Source: the human T2T-CHM13v2.0 reference genome, Homo sapiens
NCBI RefSeq assembly: GCF_009914755.1
Contig: NC_060947.1
Length of the DNA: 64,000 nt
Direction: 5' to 3' (one strand)
How positions within the stretch are numbered: position 1 is the stretch's first letter; each line of letters begins with the position of its first letter. Below the pieces are notes generated by a model. The model was not told where the DNA came from. It did no database searches and saw only the letters and a list, made by a program, of their open reading frames with translations. Positions 44,871 through 64,000 of the stretch are shown in pieces. Position numbers and translations under genes: made by a program.

Positions 44871-47130
44871 TAGGGCTCTTTTTGGGCAATGAAAATGTTC
44901 TGTAACTGGATTCTTATGATGATTGCACAACTGCATAAATGAACTAAATATCATTAAATTGCGTAATTTATAATTCATAACCTTTATGGTATGTCAATTA
45001 TTCCTCAGTAAAGCTGTTAAAGTCAAGAAAGTATAGAAAACAGTTTATGCAAGTAATATTAAGAAACGATAGATTTGGTGATTTCATGTGACAGAATGGG
45101 GAATGAAAACACTTTGCCATAATACCCAAGGCTCTGGATTGAGTAACAGGGATTACAGTCTTGAAATTCACTATATTGACGAACACAGGAGGAGAAACCA
45201 GATCCATGGGAGAAGATAAATTCGTGTTTAACAGTTGAGTTGGAAGTGCTAGTGAGATTTTCAAGTGGATGTCTGCGAGGCAGTTCAGTATAAGAGTTGG
45301 AGATTAAGAAATTGGTCCAAATGGTAATTTGGATTTGGAACTTCTTTTCATTAGTATTATTGTTTTTCACCCTTTCTAAATAAGTAACTCTTGCGCTCTT
45401 CCTTAATCTACTTTATTTATCTACTATCTCATATTTTTACTGTTGATATTCAATATTCTATATTAAAAATGATTGCTACTTGTAATATGTGTTTTTCAAA
45501 CTACGTATTCTCCCCTATCATGCACTTCTAGATACTTTGATAATTACTCTATGGGCTTTTATTGAAACATTTCATCAATAGTAACTGAATCCATTGGAGT
45601 GGCTGAGTTTGCTCATAGCACAATGAGAAGTGGCCATAGATCAAAAGACTGAGAAATATAGAAATATTATTAATGAACTTATGAGAATAGTTTCAGAGGA
45701 CTGGAAGGAACAGAATTCCAATTACAGTGGGAAGTTGTCTGTGAAGCAATTTTCAGCTAAGACAGAGGAAAGATATAGGGCAGTAGCTGGTGGGATTTGG
45801 AGAGAAGCAAAGGTTAAGATGAAAAATATGTTAGCATATTTATATGGAGATGTGACAGATCAGTGACATAACTGAAGATAAAAAAGGGTGAATGTCTAAA
45901 AAGTTAATTCCCTTAGAAGATGAAAGATGAAAGGAATTCGGTGCATGCTTAAGAAAGGCCGTTTTTTTCTATTATAACCCGAAGAAAAGATGAAAGAATA
46001 GCTGCCCTTACACAGATATTCATAGTTGTTCCTCTGTGTTCATACCCAGTCTCCTCATTTTCTATCTGAAATTTTGGGGATATTGGCCCCATTATGCTGT
46101 AATGATTCATAACATATTACATTGTAATTATTTATAAACTATTTTGCTCATTTTTCAAGGGTGTGTGTGTGTGTGTGTGTGTACAGATATTCTATAATCA
46201 TCAATTGCTTTATGGGTCAGTACATTGTTTTCTACACAGTAACCCCTGACTCGTAGCTCTAAAAGAGTTGCCTCAAGACTCTGTTTAGGAAGCTGGGCCA
46301 GGAAAAACATGGTGATGCATTTAGTCATGTGGCTGTTCCTCTAGCCCTCCCTTCCCTGTAGAGAGCTGAGGTCAAGGAGTACAAAGCAAGCGGGGTGTGC
46401 TATTTCTTATGATTTGCTTTTGCTTCCTGTCCCCAGCCTTCTAAGCTGAGACCTATCACTGGAAATATTAATAACTTCTTCCACTTACTTACTGAAGAAA
46501 ATCAGTTATATATGGCATTCAAAACCTGCAGAGTCTGAATTGTTGTATCCACTCTCCTTTTGGTCTAACTGTATTGTTCTTGACCAGTAATATTATCTGG
46601 AGATTCTAGTATGTCCTTGTGACTTTTCCTGGTCTTTGTGGAGGTATGTTTATTTTGTTTGTTTTGGTGGCTGTTAGAGAGGAAGCATTGTCGGTGTGCA
46701 GTTACGCCACTTCCTTTCTCAGAAGTTCTAGAGAAGGTTTTGAGGCCTTGATTAGTCTTTTTCAATTGCCCTGCTAACCAGTACACCATTCAGTCCCAAA
46801 TAATGGGCAAGATTCAGCTTGGCAGAAGTGACTTTGGGATAGTGTCAACTACATCTATGTAATGACACATTTAAATAAATTCATATTTGTGTGAGTGGTT
46901 TCTCATCAATAGAAATTTGGAAGCTAGGTTACTTAGTAAACCAATTAATTAACATTGTGTGTATAAACCTTCTTTATAAGCTGCTACTGTTAAAGAATAC
47001 AACCCATTAACGAAATACATAAAAGTTAGATTGTTTTAGTAAGAGTAATTTCTTACACTTGTATAGTGGATAGTGTCCTGTTTAAAATGTTCTTTCTCTA
47101 CTAGCTAAATGAGTTATTACAGGAAGAATG

Positions 47131-47441
<311 letters not shown>

Positions 47442-48539
47442 GAATTCATAGAAAAGTGTTAACTAGGCCCTGTCAGAAGCACTTTTACATAAATTATCTA
47501 ATTTAATTCTTCCACAATCTAGTGGAAGTTTCCATTATTATCCTAATATTAGAGAAAAGGGGACTGAAAGACGTAGGTGGCTGACATTTGCTCAAAGTCA
47601 CACAATTAGTTCTCCAGGTTGGAAGCCAAGTCCTATTCCATAGAGCTCACAGCTTTAACCATGATAGCAGCGTGTCACCTCATGTGAGATCAACAGCAGC
47701 CGTGTAAGGTAAGCATGACATAGCATCCAGGTTCTCCACATGAGGAACCGAAAATTCAGAGAGGTTAGAAAATTGTCCAAAATAACCCCTTAGCAGAAAA
47801 TGTGATGCACCTGGGAATAAAACTCAGGTCTCAAGGCAAGTTCATTGTTCCATTTTATTACACTGCCTCTGTCTGTGCCCTGCCTTTGAGTTATCTAGAG
47901 ACTGACACTGTGTTATGGAAGGTTATTTCCTAAGTAGGAAGACTGCAGCTACATAATGCCAGTACATCCCTCATAGGTCAATTGTGAGTTTTAAGTTAGA
48001 TAGTGGTTGTAAATGCCTCTCACATTCCTTACACCTAACACATATTCTATAATCTCCTTGCACATCCTAGTACTGATCATTTATCTTATTTTATTGACTC
48101 TCTGTTCTTTATTTTGATTCACTTTATTACAAAGTAACAAACATCTCTTTTTACCTTCATATCTTTGATCTCATTCCTTAGTCAGTGCTACTTTCCTTAG
48201 CTTTCTACTTTCACTGACTGCTAAGCTGAATTTACTGCATGAATTCTACCAGTTGGAAAAAAAAAGCATGGAATAAAGCCCTAATGAAGAGATAAAGCTT
48301 GGGAGCCTGGAGGACATAAGACATCAATGACAGGAAGTCTGAGGAGTTCCTATGAGTAGCAATGAGCAGAGTTCAGAGCCAAGGTGAATGCTAAGCAGAC
48401 CTATAACACTAATATGATAAATGATGTAATAAGAAAGTAATGATCATCTTTTCCAAATTAATACATCCTGCAAAGCACCTACACTATAAAGACAGCAATT
48501 CCATTCTTGAGGTTTATACCTGAAGCTTAGATGGGGTCT

Positions 48540-49068
48540 ATGATAGTCCATTTTAATTGCCAACTTGACTGGGCCACTGGCTGTCCATATATTTAGTTAA
48601 ATATTATGCTGGTTTGTCTGTGAAGGTGTTTTTGGATGGATTTGAGTGGGTAGACTGAGTAAAGCAGATTGCCCTCCCTGATGTGGATGGGCATCATCCA
48701 ATCAATTGAGGGCCTGAATAAAACAAAAAGAGAATAAGAATTGTTTCTCCACCTTACTGATTGGGCTGGGGCATCAGTCTTCTCCTGCCCTTGTACTGGG
48801 ACTTACATAGTCAGCACTCCTGGTTCTCAGATCTTAAACATGGACTCGAATTTACACCGTTGGTTCTCCTTGTTTTCTAGCTTGCAGAGAGCAGATTGTG
48901 AGACTTCTTACAATAAAATATGGAATTGACTCATGTGACTTTGGAGGCTGATATATAAATATCTTATATTACATATATAAGAATACATATATATTACGTA
49001 TATAAGAATCTTATATTATTATATATGTTTTTTATTTGTTTTGTTTTTCTGGAGAACTCTGACAAATG
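48540..49068 (+). mobile_element. MLT2 (ERVL) LTR with an internal AT-rich repeat
   Basis: CAACTTGACTGGGCCA, GTAAAGCAGATTGCCCTCCC and GTTTTTCTGGAGAACTCTGAC motifs. Confidence 0.75.
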
Positions 49069-50063
49069 CAGGGCCTATGTTATTAGGATTTTAATCATTT
49101 GGGAACTATTATTGCAGATTGATTGTACTAGCCATGTATATAAAATGTCAGTTACAAATATATGTACTACTGGCCCACTTTTACATGCATTATCACATTT
49201 AAACTTCATAACAAACCAGGAAAACAGCAAAGCTACTATAATCTCCATTTTAACATAGGGAAGAATCAAGGTTCAAAGAGTTCAAATAATTAGCTACAAA
49301 TCACACACCATCAAGTGGTGGAAGACGATTTGACTCTGTTTGACTCCAAATTCCTTCTTTTTTCATTTTTCCACACTGTCTCACTAAAATGAAACATAAT
49401 GGTTTGATAATGAATAAATTAATAAATAATTGATAATACGGGTACTCAGAGTTTTTGGCTTCAGTGTTAGTGACTTTGTTGGATGTCCTTCTTATTTGTA
49501 TGGTGCAAGATTTAGGGTGGAGCTACCTAAGCAGGTTTCGTTCTCATATTAAACATCTTCTTTCCACTGAACCTATTCTATAGTCAGCACAAGGTCTAGA
49601 AAATCTGTGGTTTGTTGTGGTTGTGAGTCTTTTCGAGCAGCCTTGCAAATAGACAGATACCTTAAACAAAGCTACTGTTGTAGAGGCACTGCTCTCATTT
49701 CCTTTTTCATTTCTCTACACATTATTCTCTAATTCTTCCAGCAGCAAGGATATTTTCCAAATAGTCTGTTAGTTTTTACACTTTGCTGGAAATTTCAACT
49801 TCATGGGCTCCTGAAGGGAACAGGCAGGAAATTATTTGGGTGTATGACTAGGAAGAACCACTCATTATTATTTTCTTTCTCTAAAGTAAATTGCCAGAAT
49901 TTCAATCCATTATTTTGTACCAAATTGTTTTTTTTTGGCATGGTCTCTGTTTGCTCTTCTTCCATCAAAATGTAGAGATGGAAGTATAGTAACTTGAGGA
50001 ACAGTATCTTCTTGGTCTAAAAGTAGTGTATGTCAACAATACTGGGGGAAGAAGGTTGTTTTT

Positions 50064-50064
<1 letters not shown>

Positions 50065-50102
<38 letters not shown>
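50065..50102. repeat. (GT)n microsatellite
   Basis: Seen directly in the sequence. Confidence 0.95.
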
Positions 50103-50107
<5 letters not shown>

Positions 50108-51472
50108 CATTTATTTAGAAGAGATCCTTTTCATTTAACCATTGAGAGTCCTCTTGTGAACAAGGACCTGGACACAATCTCAATTTTTTCCTTAGAGCAC
50201 AGGCTCACTAAAAATACAGAGTTGGAGGGCCTCTCAACCCTTTGCTGGCTTCCTTTCTGGAAGTTTGAACACTTCAATGGTGTGGCCTCTACTGGACCTA
50301 TCATTATATACCTGGCACCTGGCAAAGATATTTGACAAGGTAGGTGCTCAGTAAGTATTTCTAAAATAGATGAGTAAGTAACTGTAAAGGAATGAGTAAA
50401 TGAATGGGTAAGTTAATAAATAAATGAATGCATACAGTATTAAGAATAGAAGCTGGAATGGCTGGAAAGCAGCAAGGGCCAGATTGGGCTAAGGATGTAA
50501 CTCCTAAGGAGTCAGGAAAATGAACTCCTTTGATGTCTTCTAAGAGCATACTCAGAAGGTCTGATTTAGTTACCATGAAAAAAAAAAGTTCTATTTCTTA
50601 TTCATATGGTGGATTAACTTCTCATGTTTACCACCTCTCTTCAAAAACATTGTTTAAATGATTGTAAAGGAATAAAAATTGTGTAAAACCCAAGGATAAA
50701 GAAAATAAGAGAAGTCACTGACCCAAAAGAGATTTCAACATCCATTCATTTTTGAAACTGTGTCCAGAATGCCTTGCTATGCGCCAGGTACTCTTCTCAA
50801 CACTGACAACAAATCAGTAAGCTGAACAGACAAAAATTCCTGCCATCATGTATCCAATGTTCTAGCGGCCAGAGCACATTTTCAAAAGAAGCCTGAAAGT
50901 GATGGAAGGATAGCGATTGATTTAGCAAAGTAGAGGAAGTTAAAAATGTCAACATGGGGCAGACATAAAAGGAGGTGAGACAATTTGCCACACAGAACCC
51001 AGGATAGGTCAGGTCTTGAGGCATCAGATACTGCAGAAGACAGGTATGGAAAGCTGGAATTAAAACAGAGAGAGTTGTTGAAAGTCTGTGTTTATAGGTG
51101 ATAGAGTTCCAGGTCTCCCCCTGCTGCCCTCCACTTTCTGCTCCTCTCAGATAAGAGACTAAATGTTTTCTTTCTGAAAGTTGAACTTGTGAAGTTCTAG
51201 ACTTTGAGACACCTAACATTGGCTGGCAGTGGCAAGATCCAGAGTGGATAAAAAAAAAAAAAAGGATGAAGTGAAGACGTGCATACTGAGATTCCTATGT
51301 GTCTATCAATTTCTTCTTCCCAGAACACTAGGTTATGGCACCCTGAGATGACATTGGTGGATTTTTCTATTGAGAAACTGACTGACCTCATAAAAATTAT
51401 TTCCAGATACTGACATTCAGTGGTCCCTCAATAAGAAGAGTCAAACAGAGCTCTCAACGAGTATGTGTTTGA

Positions 51473-51781
<309 letters not shown>

Positions 51782-53761
51782 TGATTTAATCTTAAATGTG
51801 AATAAGCAACCCTGAGATGATCAGACATTTCAGAAATCCCAAGACAGCATAGGAAAAACATTGAAAGAGCAGACAGAGAATATAGGGAGACGGGAATTAA
51901 TGAAGAGAGAGTAGTACAGAGATTAGGGACTCAGGACTTCAGATTGAAAAGATCCACCAAAAAACTAATGATCAGAGCTTGGTGTCTGTAAATTCAGATA
52001 CATCGACTGGTAAGGAGTAGGGTCCATACATTAGAATGTTTTATATAGCCCCACAAATGATTTTAATATATAGCTAGGAATGAAAAAAACACCAGTTATA
52101 GCTATTAATGTGCACTTTTCCCTTTTTGTATTTAGGCTACTAGGTTGAGTACACACACTGACATGTACATATATTTTCTGGCATGGTGGAACATATGGAA
52201 AACCAAGGCCAGAAAGGTGGATCCTCTTTCTCTCAGTCTAGATTTCATATATTGCCTATTTCTTTTTCTCATACTGTATAAAATATATAACAAACAATAA
52301 AAATGAAGTTTTCTATGATTGGCCTGTAAAATAGTTAAGAAATCTCTTTTGCCGTAAGCTTGTATCTTTCCTCTTACAAAAGCTTTTATTAAAAAAATTA
52401 AAACTTTTCTCTTAAACATTGCCTGTATCTTATGTAGGTTTCTTCATGGAATGTTGAAACTCAGAGGTCATGCCAAACCTGACTACAACTTAGAAGGCAG
52501 TTGTGTAGGGGAGGGGGAAGGAACTTTTAGATACCTGTTCTCAAGAGTAAGTTATATAAAATCAGTATAGACACTACAACCTCTGGAGCAAGTAGGGCAG
52601 CCTGACAAAGTAGAGAAAAGGTTGCTGGTACTATAGGCCTTCCAAATTTATCTTATGGCTTCTTTTACTTAACCACTAATTTAAAGCTATAGTGCTCTGA
52701 CCAGAGATGGGGAAGGACAACCCTTATCATAGCTGTATGGTTTGCTTTGTCCATTATTTTTCTCTCTCTTGTGAACTGGGTGTGTTCTCTGGGTTGGTGA
52801 TAATAAAGTGTTAGAGTTACTAACGTGGAAATTGGTTATGAGAATCTTCTATCATTAAAAGCATCACCCCTCAGTAGAACGAGAATGAACTAGAAAAAAG
52901 GCAGAAAGTGCACCAGCAGAACCCAGTGCAAGTCATTCTCTGACGAGAGCTTTCAATGGTTCCCACCATAGATATGAGCTATTACCCCAGTTCTCAGCTG
53001 AGCAACATTGTATCTTACCCAAACCCTCCTTTACAATTGAGAATGCTGAAATATATTAATAGAAAGTCATAAGACTTTCTGAATGGTAATCGTGGAACCA
53101 GAATTCAAAGCCAGTTCAGTTGTTCCCTACACATGTAGAAACATTTTCCTACATCATTTGGAGGTATAATTAAAGCACACTGGGAGTATAGGGAAAGGAG
53201 AACTTCAGTGTCACTAGAGGAGTCAGGGAAAGTTACTCAGAGGATGTAACATTCGACGTATGAAAATAACTAAGGCAGACAGAGAAGGGGAGAGCAAGAA
53301 AGACATTGCAGGTGCAGGGAAAAACCTGTTCAAATTCATGATGTCTGGTGAAAGCCAAAGGTGATCTTAAAGATTATATAACTCTTTCACTTTACCCTTA
53401 GGAAAAAATAGAACTCTAGTCTGTGCCAGGTATCAGGAATATAGAGATAATAATGTTCCTGTCATTAAAAGCACAGGTAGAGTGTGAAGATAATAATTTT
53501 ATTTTTCCCACCAGTGTCTACTTTATGTGATGCTCACATCGGCCGGTAAGTTTAGTTCAGTTTCCGTAGTAAGGGTCATATCTCTGTTTCTTGTTATTCA
53601 TATTGCCAGTGGTGCTAGAATGAGACACCAACTGCAGGTTCCTTCCAACTACAAGAGAAACATAGTTCAGAGTATAGAATACGGAGGGGAAGATCAGTAT
53701 CTTCATATTTGTACCTTAAGATCAATTTTCCAAAATACATTGATTGCTCACATTACATTTA

Positions 53762-53866
53762 ATTTTTTTTTATTATACTTTAAGTTTTAGGGTACATGTG
53801 CACAAAGTGCAGGTTTGTTACATATGTAGGGATGTGGATGAAGCTGGAAACCATCATTCTCAGCAA
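53762..53866 (-). mobile_element. Miniature 5'-inverted L1PA insertion
   Basis: The L1 3' end on minus (53762-53828) joins a plus-strand L1 piece (53825-53866). TSD ACATTTA. Confidence 0.88.
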
Positions 53867-55017
53867 ACATTTAGATTTTTATTGCCAATTCTTGAGGTCG
53901 TTATTCACTAGTTCATTTCACTAATCCCCCTCCATTGAGCACCAGATAGTTGCACAGCATTGAGTCAAGTGTTGTGAGGCAGCAAAGATTAACTAGTTGA
54001 AGTTTATGCCCTACAGGAGATAAAGGTTTCACTAAGATAAATACGTATATATTACAAAAGTAAAATATAGCACAGCATACATTTTCTTAGTGTAGTCTAA
54101 GGGAGGCCTCATGGTGTAGGGAAAAGAACATTAATTTCACACTAATATGGACACAAGTGTGTGACCTAAATATTTTTTGACCTGGGACAATTTATTAAAC
54201 TTCAAGTCCCAGTTTTTCCAACTGTAAAGTGGAAATGATGAAAACTCCTACCTCAATAGTTCATATGTGTGTGCATCTGTGCGTGTACTGAGCAAATCAA
54301 ATAATATACAAAGCAACGTGGAATATACTAGGACTTCAGTATATTTTTACTTAGTCTCTTGTTCCTGCCAAACCATCCCAACACCCTAAGTAGTCCACGT
54401 CTGAGAAGTCAGAAGAACATAAAATATTTGGTGGTATTGTACTTCTTTCATGAATTATCCAACTTTAAAAAGTACATGATAACACATACAATTCTCTCAA
54501 AATTCAAAATAATGCCCTTACTAAAAAAATTTGGAGTGGTGACTTACTATGTCCTTGCATACTGCTTCAGAGATTTGGCATATATTATCAAGAATAGCAT
54601 TTTATTTAAAAAGCTCATAAAGCTTCATCCTCAGCTATTAAGGATTTAGGAGTAGCAGATATATGGAAACTTTCACACTCTATTGAACGGGATTATACAT
54701 TCTTCTCTAGCCCACATAACTCATATTTCCAGGCTCATTCTGAATTTTTCACTTTCTGATTAATGATGTGGATAGCATGGCTCCAGGTAGTGTTCCCTTA
54801 TCTGACCATGCCACAGACTCACTTTCAATTGTCCTTCAGAAAGCATCAGGCAGCATTTTGGCAAAACTTCCTTTAGTAAGGAATATTGGAAAAGAAGGTT
54901 ATACTTTGTGATTCTAAAACTACATACAAAGTTCACGCACACATATCCAAGGACTCTGGATTGCACACACACACACACACGCACACACACACACACATAT
55001 CACCTTAGATATGAGCT

Positions 55018-55206
55018 ATAATCACTCTTATTATATGGTACTGCTATAAGGATGACTGATGTATGCAAAGTATCTATTGTAAACACTGACACATAGTAGA
55101 TGCTCAACAAATATTTGCTGAAATGAATTTTTCCATTTAATCATGTGAGGATATTGCAATTCAATTTAAGTAACTTTCTCAAGATCATACAGATTTTAAT
55201 AACAGT

Positions 55207-55207
<1 letters not shown>
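55018..55207 (+). repeat. Dispersed direct repeat, copy 1 (partner 60619-60813)
   Basis: Hand alignment gives about 17 substitutions plus one 5-bp indel over 190 bp. Confidence 0.92.
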
Positions 55208-55240
<33 letters not shown>

Positions 55241-55292
55241 AGCAATCCAGATTCCTTATATATTTTATATATAAAAAAGGGACTTTATATAA

Positions 55293-55325
<33 letters not shown>

Positions 55326-56852
55326 AATTAAGCTTATATGGGCTCTCTTTTAGTTAATATTGATTGACATCCATTTCTTTCTGGAGCACAGTATTATTAA
55401 TTACAAAAATAAATTAACTGGCAAAGTTCTCATTAAGGATAAATGTGAACTTGGAAGACTGTATGGATAAATCGTTGCCTGCCTCATTCAGATTGAAAGA
55501 AACATTTAGACTCTGGAGGGAACAGTGAAAAAAGTGTATATTATAGAGTTATATGTTTTAATAACTTCACCTCATTCTATTAAGCTCTAACCCCACTGGA
55601 ATCATAAAAGGTTAATATTGAGATGAACCCTAAAGGCATAAATTAGGCTTTGCCATTACTTGCCCCCGAATGAGCCTTAAGCTATGTAATACTGGATCAG
55701 CAGGACTTTCCTTTATTATTAAAGAAATGAAGATACACTGCATTGGATGATATTATCGAAAATGCCTAAATTTTCTCATTATGCTACAACTGCTTAAAAT
55801 TGCTATTACAGATTTCTGTAGGCAAAATCCCAGGTCCCAGCAGACCCCTGCAGAATGTTATGGAGTATTAGTAGGGAATGTGTTTCAATTACCCACAAAA
55901 ATATACTTAAGTAGCCATATTGGGTATTTTCAGGAGAAAATGAGATGTTTTATTTTTATTCTACTATAAAGAAGGGTCAATCTGAAATGGTGTGGTGGAG
56001 TTACAGGCCACAAATCAAAACTGAGGCATCATCAAAAATATTTCTCATTTATGAACTTTTTATGATATTAAAAAAGCACCAAGTTATCTATCATTTCTTG
56101 CTCCTTGGGTAGCTTCATTTTTCAATATTAGATATTACTACTTCACGTTTGCTATTCATCAAGTTTAAAAGCGACACTTGTCCAGTAAAAATAGTTGGAT
56201 ATCCTTGGCAAAGACATGGAACTTTTGGAATGCCATATATATCATCAACTTCTTCTAAGAAGAAATCCCCAGGTTGTAAATAATGAAAGGGCAGCTCTAT
56301 CATAGGTAAAACAATTTCACACTAATCTTTCTTAACGTCTTCTGTTTTTAAAAAATAGTTAAATTTAATTTGTAGATTTCAAAAATCCTTTTTTTCTTCA
56401 ACATTTGTGCTAAAATTAAAAGTTCTTAACATTTTAAAAATATATAACACTTAACCGTTTTAATTTGTGGCACAACGATTTAGTGGTATATAGTATAAGT
56501 TTCTAGAGCAGTGACATTTATCTAATCTAAAACTTATTTTTTAAAGCTTCCTTGTAATATTCAGTTAATAGTCTTAATTATAAGACTGTGATTTTAATTT
56601 GATCATTATATCTAACTCTACAAATAATTACCAGTGGTTATGATTATTCAGATTTTTCATCAAAACACAGGGGGAAAGAAGAGACAACAATTTAATTACT
56701 GAAATAGTATGCTTTGTCAAAACAAATACATCAAACTTAAAGTAATACTATATTTGGTAAGTACTTTCTAATTTATAAAGCGCTTTCACACTTTTGCCCA
56801 TTTGATCCCCTTAACCCAAGGAGATAGGCAGGGCCTCAATATTTTTCTGCTA

Positions 56853-60596
<3,744 letters not shown>

Positions 60597-60618
60597 ATTT
60601 TTCTGCTATTAAATTAGG

Positions 60619-60813
60619 ATAATCACTCTTATTACATAGTACTGCTATAAGGATGACTGAGATAATGTTTGCAAATCATCTACTGTAGACACTGACACAT
60701 ATTAGATGCTCAACAAATATTTGCTCAAATGAATTTTTCCATTCAATCATGTGAGGATATTGCAGTGAAATTTAAGTCACATTCTCAAAGTCATACAGAT
60801 TTTAATAACAGTT
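60619..60813 (+). repeat. Dispersed direct repeat, copy 2 (partner 55018-55207)
   Basis: Same alignment as copy 1. Confidence 0.92.
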
Positions 60814-61631
60814 GTATTGTTAGAAGTCAAGTCTTAATGATTCAGCTGAATTATTGCTAAATATGAAGATTTACATGTCACTATTAGTTCAGTTTTATTA
60901 TATTGTATTGATCAATGTGATTTGGACTTATTAAATTTATTTTAGTTAATGTTGTTAACAATATATCCCAAAGAACAAATGAATTAAAGTATGTTTCAAA
61001 ATTGCTATAACTTAAACACAAAATACATTCAAATCACAGATTTGACCTATGTCACTTAGCCCTGTAGCCTGAAGATAGTAGAAAGAATAAATTGTTAACA
61101 ACTACAATTTATTTATCACTTATTTTGGCCCAGTTACATCAGTGGTTTACGTGCGTCATCTAAATTAATCCTTTCAACATCTTAATACGGCTATTCTCAT
61201 TATCATTTTATGATCTGGACAAATAAAGCACAGTGAGAGGTTAAGTAACTTTTCTCAAGGTCATTGAAGTAGGAAGTAGGGGAAGAAGGCATTTTAACCC
61301 AAGCACACTGACTCTAGTCTAGAGTTTATACTCTTTATCCCCATAATCCCTAGCTTCTATGGAGGGTATGTAGGTAAGAAAGGCTCCATAGAAGTGCAGA
61401 GAAATCCACAGTGAAAAGCAAGAGGATCAAAGCTTGACTGTTAAGACATTATAGAAAAGAGGAAGTAGAATGTTTGGAAGAACAAGGGTAATGTAAATGG
61501 ACAGCAGAATAGGCATGGGATTTTTCTAAGCAGTCTTGCATGAAAGTATAAAAGCTGAGGGCTATGTGAAGATTGGACTCCTGCATCTGTCACAAGGCTG
61601 AGGTGTGTAGAAAGGTTGATAGCGCTACGAA

Positions 61632-61661
61632 AGAACATTCCAGAACGTTCTGGTATGTTCT
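61632..61661. promoter_or_regulatory. Palindromic extended heat-shock element (predicted HSF site)
   Basis: aGAAc aTTCc aGAAc gTTCt gGTAt gTTCt: five of six alternating nGAAn units are perfect. Function is not shown. Confidence 0.5.
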
Positions 61662-61987
61662 ACAATAGATAAAGTCATCATCTGACAGGTTAGGGAAAGT
61701 GTGCAGCTGTAACCCATTGGGCCAAGGAAGGGAACTGAGGTTGTGTATCAGTGTGTGGTCATGGTGCAGAGCTATGCTGGTGCAAAAATAAAGGAGTGAG
61801 GCCTTTTCAGCTCATTCTTCTACATTAATTACAGTTCTGAAGCCACATCAGTAGGACTCAGAAGACGTGAGGTAGCAAGGAGGAGTTCATTAAGTGAGAA
61901 TTGGCTGGAATGAGAAGGCTACTAAAACATAGTGGTAAACAAACAGGTGTGTGTTGATCTGAATATGTGGTCGATACTTCATATCCA

Positions 61988-61988
<1 letters not shown>

Positions 61989-62025
<37 letters not shown>

Positions 62026-62029
62026 GCAC
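61989..62029. repeat. (CA)n microsatellite
   Basis: Seen directly in the sequence. Confidence 0.95.
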
Positions 62030-62343
62030 ATTAATCTGCAATGTCAAATCTAGTTTTTCCTTAGGAGTATTTTTAAAATTTTATTATATCATATTGCAAG
62101 TTGAAATTATCTAATATTATGTGTGAATTCTTCCATGAAATTTAGGTTTTTTTTTTTTTTGGTAACACTTGTAGATAGCTAATATATAGTTTGATGAATA
62201 TAATGTTTTGTTCCAAACATATTGTATCATAATCTGCTTGAGCTGCCATAAGAAAATACTGTAGAATGGGTGGTATAAACAACAGAATTTTATTTCTCAT
62301 AATTATGGAAGCTGGGAAGTCTAAGGTCAAATTACCAGCAAAT

Positions 62344-62647
<304 letters not shown>

Positions 62648-62671
62648 CTAGCAAATAAGGCCTCATTCTGA

Positions 62672-63056
<385 letters not shown>

Positions 63057-64000
63057 TGGTGTCTCTTCTTATAAGGCTCATCATGAGGGCCCTATCCTTA
63101 TGTCATCTAATCCTAATGACTTCCCAAGTGCTCTATCTGCAAATGCTATTACACTGGGGGTTAGGGCTTCAACATATGCATTTTGGGGGGACACAAACAT
63201 TCAGTCTGTAAAATATGGGAAATATATGCTAAATGCTGATGAAAAAGTTTCAAATATTTCAAATAATTGAGATAAGAAATTACTTGTTATATTTTTTTCT
63301 AACTTTATATCCTCCTATAAAGATGAACAAAAATGTATTCTCCACATCTCTGTAATTTGTCTATGCTGTGCCATTATTTTTTCCTCTACTCACACATTTT
63401 GGTCAGGCAGCCAGATTTGTATCTATCAAAAATAGGTGCTGTGGTAGCAAGAGATTTAAACTGGGAGTCAGTGATATAGAGTGGAGAGTGTTAAATTTGG
63501 CACTAATTTGCTGTGTAACCTTCACTTGCTCTTTCTTAGCCTTACCTTACTCACTAGAAAAAATAGTATGAACTGAATTATGATAATTTTAATGAATCAC
63601 TTGAACGACCAAATGACTGGGTTTTCCTGAGACTGTCTTGGTTTTAGCCCCAAAGTTCCCACCTACCAGAAAATCTCTACCCTGGGATGTGAAAAGACCC
63701 AGATTCTCTTTATCATTGGAGAGGGATGGGGAGGAAACGGGCAGCCTCCACAATAGGGGCTGAAAGTAATACTATTTTCAGTGTTAAATGGATAAGTCTC
63801 AGATTATTTGCCTTCTGTGTTTTCTGTTGTTCCCCCGGCCCACCCCCACCGCCCCCCAACCCTGCCGGCTTATTGCTAATGTTGCAACCCTGATCTGTGG
63901 TACACAGACTAGAGTGTGTGCAACTTACGTGTACTGTAATTGTGTTAACAGTTCAGTTTTTATTTTGCCTGTAGGCTAGCTGTTGTGCTTTGTATCAAGA

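Overview
Primate (most likely human) genomic DNA from the Xq27 SPANX cluster. The only supported protein-coding gene is a two-exon, minus-strand SPANX-A/D family gene: CDS 11155-11084 joined to 10436-10215, 97 aa, with a 647-bp GT-AG intron largely filled by an antisense solo LTR. The protein best matches my recollection of SPANXD. The rest of the window is repeat-dense intergenic DNA: ERV1/MER4-group fragments, about 17 Alus, several L1PA and older L1M copies, a complete THE1 element nested in another THE1 LTR, MLT/MST LTRs, DNA-transposon relics and microsatellites. Almost all other ORFs in the track are repeat-derived or spurious. The most unusual features are (1) about 225 bp of unrecognised sequence with no CpG depletion, fused to the 5' end of a truncated L1 and apparently inside its target-site duplication (18659-18885); (2) a near-perfect 30-bp palindromic heat-shock element (61632-61661); (3) a 190-bp local duplication of about 90% identity (55018-55207 and 60619-60813); (4) fold-back or templated-insertion scars, a 105-bp twin-primed L1 and a short L1 3' transduction. 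Repeat subfamily names come from memory of consensus sequences and no database search was run. I see no firm evidence of a new multi-gene system.
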